Source: Eledone cirrhosa
Lineage: Eukaryota
Assembly: GCA_964016885.1 (NCBI GenBank)
Contig: OZ024742.1
Coordinates: forward strand, 141,112,001 to 141,176,000
DNA: 64,000 nucleotides
Direction of reading: 5' to 3'
Shown: in pieces, positions 53,455 through 64,000 of the stretch
Position numbering within the stretch: the first letter of the stretch is position 1
Layout: every line of letters starts with the position of its first letter
Notes under the pieces: generated by a model
What the model was told of the DNA's origin: nothing
What the model saw: the letters and a program-made list of their open reading frames with translations, nothing else
The model's database searches: none
Program-made: the position numbers and the translations under genes

Positions 53455-53805
53455 CAGGGCTGGTGCTACCATATAGGCAATCTAGGCAGCCGCCTAGGGT
53501 GCTGATTTCAGAGGGTGCATTTCTCCAAATCAACAACAATTTTGAAAAATAAATAAATAAATTTTAGTTTTATTGAATGTTGTTTTTTATCCTGGTTTAT
53601 TTCATACAGAGACAAATAAATGTTGAAAAAAGCCCCAACTTATTCATCATTTCATCATTTCATTTTACGTCTGCTTTTTCCCTGCTTGCAAGGGTGGGAC
53701 GAGAACTGATTCTATTGTTTATAAATTTTGAAATTGATATTTTCCTGGGGGAGGTGCCAGAATCTAACCTTGCCTAGGGTGCCAGATAGTCTGGCATTGG
53801 CCCTG
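53455..53805. mobile_element. hAT-type MITE containing a SINE 3'-end fragment
   Basis: CAGGGC...GCCCTG termini with the 8-bp TSD AGTGTACC; SINE tail at about 53645-53715. Confidence 0.8.
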
Positions 53806-54003
53806 AGTGTACCTATTCTAAACCAGTTATGCACTTTAAAATAAGCAATTTAGGATCATAGACCAATGGCTTAGGTGTTTTGTTATTAAAAGAGTTAAAT
53901 ATGTTACAATTTATTTTAAGATAAAAATGATAATTTTAGTAAGATAATTCTATATTTGTTTCTGTTTATGATTAATAATCCCTTCTGACCATTACCATTT
54001 CAG

Positions 54004-54058
54004 TAATTGTTGAACAATGTCAGCGAGCCTGTAAGTTGACTAGTGAAAAGTTGAATGA
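54004..54058 (+). CDS. SPTLC1: SPTLC1 coding exon 11
   Basis: ttcag|IVEQCQRACKLTSEKLN(D)|gtaagt; 55 nt, phases 1/2 bridge exons 10 and 12. The sequence is divergent. Confidence 0.85.
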
Positions 54059-55380
54059 GTAAGTATGAAATTGAGGTCTTTTTATATTTCTAATCCAAGA
54101 TTTAGTATACATTGATAGATCTTCTGTCGATTTCAACAATGAGCATTCAATTGTTTGATCAACTGAACATCTGGCTTGTGAATTAATGTGTAAGCAGTTG
54201 AGTATTCCACAGACATGTGTACCTTTAACATAATTCTCAAGCAGAATAAGTATGGCAAGACTTGGCCTTTGAATTACAGGTACAATTCATCTGATAGGTT
54301 TCTACACAGTTTCTATTTATTTAATTTTGCTTGCAAGGCTTGGGTTAAGCTAATGCTATGATAAAGGCATTTGCCCAAGATTCCATGCATTGGGACTAAA
54401 CCTAGGATCTCATGATTGCAAAGTGACCATATCTTAACAACTCAGCTATACTTGTATCTACCCTATACAATGTGCCTGAAAGAATTACAGTTTGAGGAAT
54501 TTATTTGGTGTTTTAAAGACCAAAATGTCTGCTGCCATGAAAATTACATGCACAATTTTCTATATAATATGTTTGTGGTAGAACTGTTGCATATATAGTA
54601 GATTGGTTTTATTTTTTACTAGGAAGGAAGAGCAGTGACTGTGACACTTTTCATGGCCCCTGGAAGGGAAGAAAGAAGGTATTTTCTTCCAACCAGAAAC
54701 CTGGTCTGAATGCTTGCAATAGAGTAGATACTGCTAAAGTCACTCTAGGACCAGGTGTTGATGTTAAACTGTGTGATGACTTAAGTTTACCACCCAATTA
54801 GGCCATAGTGGGATATGAAGTCAAAATGCAAAGAACCAAAACAATACAAGACATCTTGGCTGATGTTCTAACAATTCCATCATTCTACTACTCTGTACTG
54901 GTTCTTTAGTTTTTCCACGCTGAAAGGCAAATTCTCTTCGTAGTCATTGGTTGGCCTGAGGCTATAGTAGAAGATATTTGCCTAAGGAACCGCACAAAGG
55001 GATGGAATCCAAAACCACGTGGTTAACTTTTTAACCATACATTCATGTTTGTGCCTTTGTATATCTTAATATTCTGTATATTTGTGTATCTAGTTTAGAA
55101 TAGGTACACCACATCCCTTTGACTAAAAGGGTTAGTGTCAGAAATGGCATCTGGCTGTAAAATATTTCCCCTTGATGAGTATAAAGCCTATCAGGTGGCC
55201 TGCAAGGCTAACCCCTGCTTTAGCAGGGGAAATAGTCTTAATACACTTGCATTCATTCATTCATTCATCATCATCTTCATCATCGATTAACATCCATCTT
55301 CCATTCTAGCATTGTTATTGGATACTTATTTGCATCTAATGCCTCTTAAATCTTGCTTTCTTTTTTTTCTTTTTTTTCAG

Positions 55381-55498
55381 TATTGATGGTCTTGAGTTAC
55401 ATGGTGCTGAGGAATCTCCTGTGAAACACCTCCGACTAACTGAACCAAGTGATGATCAAGACATTGACAATAGGACGCTGCAGAGAATTGCAGAACTT
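55381..55498 (+). CDS. SPTLC1: SPTLC1 coding exon 12
   Basis: (T)n-cag|IDGLELHGAEESPVKHLRLTEPSDDQDIDNRTLQRIAEL|gtaagt; 118 nt. Confidence 0.92.
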
Positions 55499-55867
55499 GT
55501 AAGTCTTCTGTATATAAAAGTACATTAGCACTACATACATATTATTGTTTTTGTGTTGGTGAATTGGCAGTATTGGTAGTGTGTTGGATACCATGCTCTG
55601 CAACATAGAGTTACAACCCTTCATGTTCTAGGTTGAAATCCTTCCAAGGTTAGCTTTGCCACTCATCCCTATGGGGTTGATAAAATAAAGTACCAGTAAT
55701 GCACTGGATCAATTTAATTGACTTTCCTCTGCCCTCAAATTGTTCGCCTTGTGCTTAAATCAGAACCATTGTTTTTGTGTTCACTTCTTCATGCTTACAT
55801 AGGTTGGATGAGACTTTTTGAGGCAGTTTTTCTTCTATGGTCGGGTGCCCTTCCTGATGCCAACCCA

Positions 55868-56866
55868 TAATAATAATAATAATAATGAAATTATTGTGTA
55901 CAGTGCTCAGGTGCACTACAACTCATCAAAGGTGCATGTATAGTACATAGAATAATGTACAAATGTCAGGAAAATGAACAGTGTATGAGTCATGATATAA
56001 TAACAATAACGAAATATTGTGCACAGTGCCCAGGTGCACCACAACTCATCAAAAAAGTGCATGTACAGTACATAGGGCAATGCACAAACATCAGTAAAAT
56101 GAACAGTGCACGAGTCATGATACACACATGTGTGCATGTGTATGGAAGGGGTACATCAGGTGTAGTTTTGGCGTATTTTGGGAAGCATGAGTGTCTTAAA
56201 GGATGCAGTGTCTCGGCAGCTAACAATTGACGCAGGCAGTTTGTTCCATGCTTCAGCAACTCTGAGCATGAAAAAATGTCTGCGAAAGTCATGGGAGCTG
56301 TGCTGTTTTCTTATCTTGTAGGCATGTCCACGTGTGTTAGACACATGGAGATCAAAGAGGCGCTCAGGGTTGCAGTTGGCGAGATGGTTAAAAACTTTGT
56401 GGGTATTCACCAAGTCCATTGCCAGACGTCGGAGCTTCAATGAATCCATGCCCAGGGAAGCAAGGCGTTCAGAGTATGGTAGGTGTCTGATGGAGGGTAT
56501 GCGCTTGGTTGCACGTCTCTGAACAGTTTCCAGGAGGTCAATGTTCCGAGCAAGATAGGGGTTCCAGACTGATGATGCGAATTCCAAGTGTGGTCGCACC
56601 ATAGCTGTATACAGTTTTAAATAGATGGCTGGAGAGCGGCTAACAAAGGTCTTGCTGAGTGATGCCAAGACACCCTCGGCCTTCTTGACAATCTTAGAGA
56701 CATGCTTTGTCCAACGCAAATCGTTGCTGACAGTAATGCCCAGGTCACGTTCACAAGAGGACTTTTTGATGTCAGTGTTGTGGAGGGAGTATGTGGACGC
56801 TGGATTTTTCCTTCCAAAATGCATGGTGGTACACTTGTCCACAGCCAGCTTCAGTTGCCAGTCTAT
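55868..56866 (-). mobile_element. CR1-group LINE 3' fragment
   Basis: ORF 56156..57013 has an uninterrupted RT C-terminus (WQLKLAVDKC...ERDLG...RPHLEFASSVWNP...RVAEAWNKLP), then a 3' UTR and (ATT)n tail. Same family as 30668-31862. Confidence 0.9.
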
Positions 56867-57193
56867 TATTTTTAAGTATGGGATATATATCATGGATATT
56901 TGTTGAATCACTAAGTTGTGGAATGTATTATTTATAAGGGACAAACAGCTATCACTGTATGCCTTTTTTTTAATGGTATCAACACATACATACACACTTA
57001 CAGACACATACAACTCCTTACTGAGTTCAATGATTTTACAACATGAACTGGGTTCATTTTATCATGACACCAGCATTAACGAGATTGTATGCCGAGATTG
57101 TATGCCATGTCTTCTCTACCATTTATCAGTCAATAAATTTTTTATTTTCAATATTTAAGATTATGGTTTTATATACAAACTTTTCTATTTTAG

Positions 57194-57264
57194 GCTCAAA
57201 AGGAAGGTGTTGCATTGACTGTCACTAACTATTTAGAAGATGAATACTGGATGCCAAAACCAAG
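57194..57264 (+). CDS. SPTLC1: SPTLC1 coding exon 13
   Basis: tttag|AQKEGVALTVTNYLEDEYWMPKP(S)|gtaaaa; 71 nt. Confidence 0.9.
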
Positions 57265-57439
57265 GTAAAAAGAAATTTATCATGCATATTCTAAGAGGTG
57301 CAAGCATGGTTTATGTGGGTAAAAGGTTTGCCTAGCAATTTCTGCTTTTGTGTGTGCTAAATGACAAAGGACAGTGATGAAAGGTGAAACACTGTGAAAC
57401 TCATCCAACAATGATAAACAGATGCAAAACAAGGACAAT

Positions 57440-58052
57440 AATAATTGTTTCTAATTTTGGCATAAGGCCAGCAATTACCCAGTACATTATTGGTACTTTA
57501 TTTTATCGACCATGTAAGGATGAAAGGCAAAGTTAACATCGGTGGGATTTGAACTCAGATCGTAAAGGGACGTAACTACGCTGGAAAGCATGTCCGACCA
57601 TCCACCGATACTGCCAATTCACTGCCCTTTACGGACAATAATGATGATAATGATAAACAAGGACAATAATAATTGTTTCTACTTTTGGCAGCAATTACCC
57701 AGTGAATTACTGGTACTTTATTTTATCGACCCCGTAAGGATGAAAGGCAGAGTTAACCCTGGCGGGATTTGAACTCAGAATGGCAAAGGCTGTAACTCTA
57801 TGCGTCAAAGCCTGGCGTCCGACCCTCTACCGATACTGCCAATCCACCAAGGACAATAATAGTGATAATTGTTTCTACTTTAGGCACAAGGCCAGCAATT
57901 ACCCAGTGCATTACTGGTACTTTATTTTATCGACCCCGTAGGATGAAAGGCAAAGTCAACCTCGGCTGGATTTGAACTCAGATCGTAAAGGGACGTAACT
58001 ATGCTGGAAAGCATAACGTCCGACCATCCACCGATACTGCCAATCCACCGCC
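57440..58052 (-). mobile_element. Tandem trimer of the Meta-like SINE
   Basis: Three ~200-bp units, each preceded by CAAGGACAATAAT. Confidence 0.85.
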
Positions 58053-58054
58053 CT

Positions 58055-58088
<34 letters not shown>

Positions 58089-58887
58089 ATCAGAGGAGGA
58101 AGAACAGTGACCATGACCATTTTTGTGACCTCCATGACTAGTGAAGAGGAAAAGGAGGAAGTTACCCTCAGAATGGAAATCAAGCTCAAATAGTTATTTA
58201 CATGTATTTAAAAAATATTATTTTACAACCCATAAGAGAAATCGGATGTAGTGTACAAGAGATGACTGCACTGGTATGGACATGTGAGGCAGTTTCCATC
58301 CACCAATTGAACTCAAAGCTATAGTTGAAGACACTTGGCCATGGTGCCAACTAAATTAAATTGCAATTTAAAAAAAAAATCAAAATTTTTAGGCAAAATT
58401 ACATCTTCGAGAAGATGCTGCACATTCATTCACCATCAGTGAATATAGCCTTTGTCAGGTGGTGTTGATGTCCAGTTCTCCGAATTTTTTTCATGTGACA
58501 CCAACGTAAGTATGTATTTCATGACACCAGCACTACAACATTTGAGAAAAGATCATGTTTTTATTTTAATACATTTTAGTGCCAAGTGGTTTTGGAATAT
58601 CACTTTATTTTTCCTTCAATTTCCATTATCATCATCATCATCATTTTACATACCCTTTCCACACTGGCATAGGCTGGATAGGTTGTCATGGTCCGAGACC
58701 AGATAGGTTGAAGTGAGCCATCTTACTTGTTGCATTCCATATTTGGTATGCTTTCTATAGCTCGATGCCCTTCTTAACACTAATCATCTTACAGAGTTTG
58801 CTGGATGTATTTTTTGTGACACCAGCACTACAACTTTTAAAAAAAGACTGAGTGCATTTTATTGTGGCATGAACACAAGAGTGGTTA

Positions 58888-60025
58888 CTGTATATACTCG
58901 CGTATAGGTCGCACTTTTTTAACGATAAATAAGTATAAATTTTTGGGGTGCGACCTATCCGATTCACATCAGACTGACCAAGGATTTTTCATAGACTTAA
59001 TCAACGATGGGTATTTATAAAAATAACTTTGTTAATATTTTTTATTATTTAACATAATAATTTCATATATCTACCTTCTTATACATATATTTCTTGATTT
59101 TAAATTTTTTACTAAAACTTTGTAGTGTTTATGTTTTTTTTCTATCTGACCGAATCATCCGTCATTAAAATCCATAGAAATGCATATCCGGTATTTAAAA
59201 TGTGATTTCATTTTCTTAGCGTTGCTATGAACACGTATTGTGACGTATTTACTTTAACAGGAAACAGATTATTGCACATGGCGTTTCTTTTCAAAATTAG
59301 CAAGTGAGAAAAATTGATAGTTGAAATTTTTTTTATAATTCACTGAGAAATATGAATTCTGGTAAGAGAAAAAGTTATCAAACAGTTTTCAAGTTAAAGG
59401 TGGTTGGTTATGCAGAAGAATTTGGAAATAGGTGTGAACATGTATTGGTTTTGTATACATCAACCACGTTGCTGTAATATTTTCAATGGTGTCCGTCAGA
59501 TCTTCGCTTTCACTTTCAAAGTAACTATCATCGTCAGAAATAAATACGTCTGATTCATTTGAAGATAAATCACTAATATTATCTTGTGTTTCTTTTTCAT
59601 TTCAAATGTCGTCGAATGTAAAACCTTCAAAGTCGGTATTCGCTACTTTGGGAAGCCATGTTGATACGCTAAAAATCTGTTATACTTTCAACGTTAAAAA
59701 ACACGTGTTATTTCAAGTTGTTTCACTATATTAAGAGTTAATTTTCGCGCTTAAAGGCTTTATCTCGCAGTAATCTCGAATTGACGAAATTTCGATGACG
59801 TTAATGTTTATTTTATAAATAAAACATGGTTTGGAGTATATATCGCAATGGTGAAGTAATGGAAGCTAACAGATTATTAGTTTCAATTATCATAAAACAT
59901 AGTAGCTTGACGGCCCAAATTTCAGTGCGACCTATCTGCGAGTCAATGGCAAATAGCCTATTTGTTAAATGAAAAGTGGGTATGCGACCTATCTGCCGGG
60001 GCGACCTATACGCGAGTATATACGG
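58888..60025 (+). mobile_element. Non-autonomous pogo-type DNA transposon
   Basis: TIR C.GTATATACTCGCGTATAGGTCGC at both ends with flanking TA; transposase start remnant MNSGKRKSYQTVFKLKVVGYAEEFGNR at 59352 (Brinker-type HTH of POGK-like transposases). Confidence 0.88.
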
Positions 60026-60101
60026 TATTACATGCTAAGTCAAATTGGAGAATCCCCTCCAATGTAATATTGTCTCCTATTGGTATTTTCTTATTTTACA
60101 G

Positions 60102-60201
60102 TATTAGAATTGCTGTCAACCGAAAACTCCTGCCTGAAGATATAGACAAGGTTTCTACTGTTATAAGGAATGCTACCCAGAAAGTTTTATATTCTAGGTA
60201 G
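60102..60201 (+). CDS. SPTLC1: SPTLC1 terminal coding exon 14
   Basis: tacag|IRIAVNRKLLPEDIDKVSTVIRNATQKVLYSR*; completes the PSIR motif. Confidence 0.9.
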
Positions 60202-60254
60202 GATACGTTGCTTTTTAATGGAAATTTTCTTTAAATAAACTGATATTGTATTAA

Positions 60255-60504
60255 CCCTTTCAATACCAAACCACCTGAAACTATCTGCATTTCTATGATA
60301 CTAAGCTGTTTATTTTATGGGTTTTATATTTATCTAAACACCTTCCATCATAATCTGTATGCAAGAACCTATGTTAAGTTATGTTCCAAACACCAGCTTA
60401 ATAAGAAAGTTATATTACTAGATTTCTCCAAATTATTGATTATTTTCAAGATGATTTGAAAATCATAAGCATTATCTTTCATTAGAAATATGGTAATGAA
60501 AGGG
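60255..60504. mobile_element. Abundant ~250-bp TTAA-flanked (piggyBac-type) MITE, representative copy
   Basis: TTAA|CCCTTT...AAAGGG|TTAA with internal AAATTATGATGGAAGG-type motif. Related copies lie near 3400, 4050, 4550, 12850, 14450, 26000, 32500, 36800, 38550, 40350, 41600, 43950, 46150, 51650 and 53050. Confidence 0.8.
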
Positions 60505-62043
60505 TTAAGTGACTGGCATAACACAGACATACTGTAAACTATGGTAATTTGTTGTAGTATCATCAACACTATTATCTAAAGTGTTCTCTTTTTATATAAG
60601 GTGTTAAGGTGTGATTTGAGGAAAATTTGATGGCCATACCCTGCAAGCTGAGTGATGATATAGATGATATAGATATTGGCTTATCATGAAAGGTTGGGTG
60701 GTGGGTATAACAACTAGAAACATATCTGTGTATACTTAAAGTTCAAAATGTTTGGCAGTATTTATTCTTGCTTTCTGTGTTCTCAGTTGAAATCTTGCCA
60801 TGGTCAGTAAAATTAGGATCGATAAAATGAAGTACCTGCTTGGAGGAATTGTTAGTGTTGGACAAGATGACTTGTGAAATATGTTCTAACTCTTTGCAGT
60901 CTGAGGTCGGATTACACTGTGACTTACTTAGGTGCTAGACACAATTGGTTGTCTGGTTTTACACCCCCAATTTGACTTTGGGTGTTTTTATCACAGTCTA
61001 CTCTGTTACAACCATTTAAACCAAGTCTTTGCTTTGAGGATACCTTTCTTCCCAGAGGCCCTGAAAAGGGTATGATAGTTGTACTAAGTTACAGTTTTCT
61101 TATCTTATGAATATTATCAAACTCCCATTTGAGTTTTTCTAACAGAAATTTAGTGTCAGTTAAACAAAACCCAGAGAACTGTCAGAAAATTATACAATGT
61201 GAACCATCCATTGGAGCGTTTGTATTAATAAATTTTATTAAAATTATTTGCCAGTGTCTCACCCTTATTAAGCAGTACAACAAAGCCAACAAATGTTCCA
61301 AGTGCATTTCCCCTACTAAAGCAGGAGTTAGCCTAGTGGGCACCATGGCAGCTTTCATACTCATTAAGATAATGTTTATGGCTGAATGCCTTTCCTGGCA
61401 CCAGTTCTTTTAGTTATCTCTTATGACACGCATGGATATGGTGCATTTATTTTATACTGATTACACATAGTAATAAACAGTAAAGAAAACAAACAAGACA
61501 AACAAAAAACATAACAAAATTTATGTTTCTAACCCTAATCCAGTCTAATTCTAACCATGTTTTATTACTTGTTTCTAACCCTAACCATGTCTTCCTTTTA
61601 CTTATTGCAGTTGATCCTCTCACTGAAGAAGACATTTAGACCCCCTAGAAAAATGAGGGTAAAGATGATTGCAGGCTGTTTTCCCTTTTCATGAGAAAAT
61701 ACAATACAAGAAGAAGAGTAAATGAATTAAATGAAGAATGGAGCAATGTATCAAATGTGTAAAAAAAAAAACAAAAAAAAAACAGAACAAAAAATAAAAA
61801 CAAGGTTGTATGATAGTCACATTCATCTATTTGGGAGAAATGCCATGTTATCATGGGCATTCCATTTTCTGATCATATATATATATATATTTATATCTTT
61901 TGCTTATATGTATTTTGCTAAAAAATTGAAATTAAAATTTTAAATTTAAAAATAAATAAATACAAGAAAAAAAAATTTCATTTAGATAAGAAAAAGAAAA
62001 CGTTGAGATATACATGTTTGTGCTTAGTTAATTTGAGATAGGC

Positions 62044-62232
62044 TGTGTGAGTGTGTGTGTTTGTGTGTTTGTGAGTGAAGACAGGTTTCAAGAAGTCTCA
62101 GTATTAAATCATGGTAATATAAATATTTGCATTTTGTGTATATATATATATATATATATATGCACATGTATACATATGTGTGTGTATATATGTATAAGTG
62201 TATATATATGTGTGTGTGTGTGTGTGTGTGCA
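62044..62232. repeat. Compound (TG)n/(TA)n microsatellite region
   Basis: Direct reading of dinucleotide runs. Confidence 0.85.
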
Positions 62233-63525
62233 CACCAAAAAGTGTCGGTTACTTGCAAGTAAGTGGCTGAATTTAAACTCAGAACATAAAGAGATGGAAC
62301 AAAAACTGCAAGGTGTTATGTCTGATTCCATGACTTGTCAGCATCACTTAGTTATCTAAAATTGTCTTATTAGACATTGAAACACAGTATAGTTAAAGTG
62401 TTAAAGTATTTGGATGTTTGGTTTCAGAGGAGAAAACCATTTTGAACAATTAAGTGATGTTAGCACTGGGTTTCAGCATATATAAATTCTCTATAGAGAA
62501 CTTCGTCAATTACTCTTTGAATATGGTTTTAATTTCATTGTAAAATCTGCTCACATTCTATAGTGTGTGTATGTGTATGTGTGAAAAAAGTAAACACACA
62601 CAAATATCTATGCATACATACACACGTGTAGATTTTTATTTATTTATATATTGTTGTCACTCAGAGTTTTCAAGGGAAAGTTGCTTTGGCGAGATTAGTT
62701 AAAATAGATGACCCTCATCTGCCGAATGATCCGGGGGAAATAAGATTTCTGCTGGTCGCTTTAGGTGTTATGACATGGGGAGACCACTCATGCATAACGT
62801 ACAAGTATCAATAAAAGTTGGGTTGAGGTTGCCTACCCTGTGACATCATACCGTGCAGACTTTGATAACTATGCAGATTCAACACTGTTGGAAGAAATGG
62901 TGCCTGAACATAAGGTACAGAGTAGGAAGGTATGTGTGCGAGATGAAATTTCTGACACATCTGATGGGGTCAGTAACTCCACTTGAGTACTGACTTGGTC
63001 TGTGGCGACCCGTCCAACAATGTAGACTTACGACTGTGGGAAGTTCTCCTGTGACGGCAGATGAACAATATCCCAGATCTCCTACTCAGTAATATGGATT
63101 ATTTCAAGATCTGGAATGTCTCATTCAAGCATAGCTTACACACTTCTGTATCTTTTTTTTTTCATATGGGATGGCTGTGTCAACGATATTCTAGGTTATT
63201 GGAGTACATACAGATCTCTGGTCCCTTAGCTTCCCCAATTTATTTCACCAATACAACTTCTTTTAGATTCATCTCATCGTTACCTAATCACATGTAAATT
63301 CAGTGAAATTCTGAGTAGCAATGGTGTGAATCATTAATTTATTCCTATATAATATATATGGAATCGATAATTTACTTACACACACACACACACATATATA
63401 TGGGTTGTAAATTATATAGGTATATAAATGGCATCAAATATTTACTTTTGTGATGACTCCACACTCGTGGTAGCCATATATATATAAGAAACAAAATTGA
63501 ATTTTTTTTTATGTATGTGAGTATA

Positions 63526-63556
<31 letters not shown>

Positions 63557-64000
63557 GCCTTTAAAATCATGAATTTTTTAAATTACTCTAGGCTGGTGGT
63601 TATGTTACTTCAAATCCCTATAATGACATTTTGTCATGTTAAAACTGTTGACAATATTTACTGATTGTTTGGTTGTTTGTTTCTTAAAATAAATAAATAA
63701 AACTAAAGAAATATGTAAAATGAATTTAAAAATGATATATCACCATCACATATATAATTTATTTCTGCTTTTCTGGAAAACTAAGCTTATATCCTTGGTT
63801 TAAATAAAATCTTGTTTTATATTAATTGTGTTTTACGTTTTGGCTTCCTCATCATATTTCAGTTTCAGTGGTCTTATTCGTGTCAGTCACCAATCTGGTA
63901 CTTTGTCAAACTCGCGAAGACTAGGTTTATTTAAAGGTGGCTTTTACTCAACTCATTGTAGCTACGTCACTCAGTTGTGAGAGTTTTCTAGGGAGCTACA

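Noticed and set aside
57440-58052. CRISPR-like repeat array
   Set aside because: Units are whole ~200-bp SINEs without unique spacers, in eukaryotic intron context with no cas genes.
61525-61590. Interstitial telomeric (CCCTAA)n
   Set aside because: Only one or two imperfect units at a time; equally explained as branch-point-like or low-complexity sequence.

Overview
AT-rich, microsatellite- and transposon-dense animal genomic DNA. The SINE and MITE complement suggests an octopus or other coleoid mollusc, but this is inference. Two spliced genes lie head-to-head. CDKAL1 (tRNA t6A methylthiotransferase) is on the - strand, with five coding exons from 14150 down to 784, and continues off the left edge. 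SPTLC1 (serine palmitoyltransferase subunit 1) is complete on the + strand: 14 coding exons at 32791-60201, 1431 nt, 476 aa, with all splice phases consistent. Introns and the intergenic spacer hold DD37D and DD34D Tc1/mariner copies, an RTE LINE interrupted by a non-autonomous LTR element, CRE-type and CR1-type retrotransposon remnants, two non-autonomous Helitrons, piggyBac-, hAT-, mariner- and pogo-type MITEs and several tRNA-derived SINE families. I found no convincing novel multi-gene system. The best leads are a non-canonical CDKAL1 splice donor, an SPTLC1 Asn codon that one A-to-I edit would restore to the conserved Ser331, candidate alternative SPTLC1 exons, long fold-back palindromes and chimeric mobile elements.
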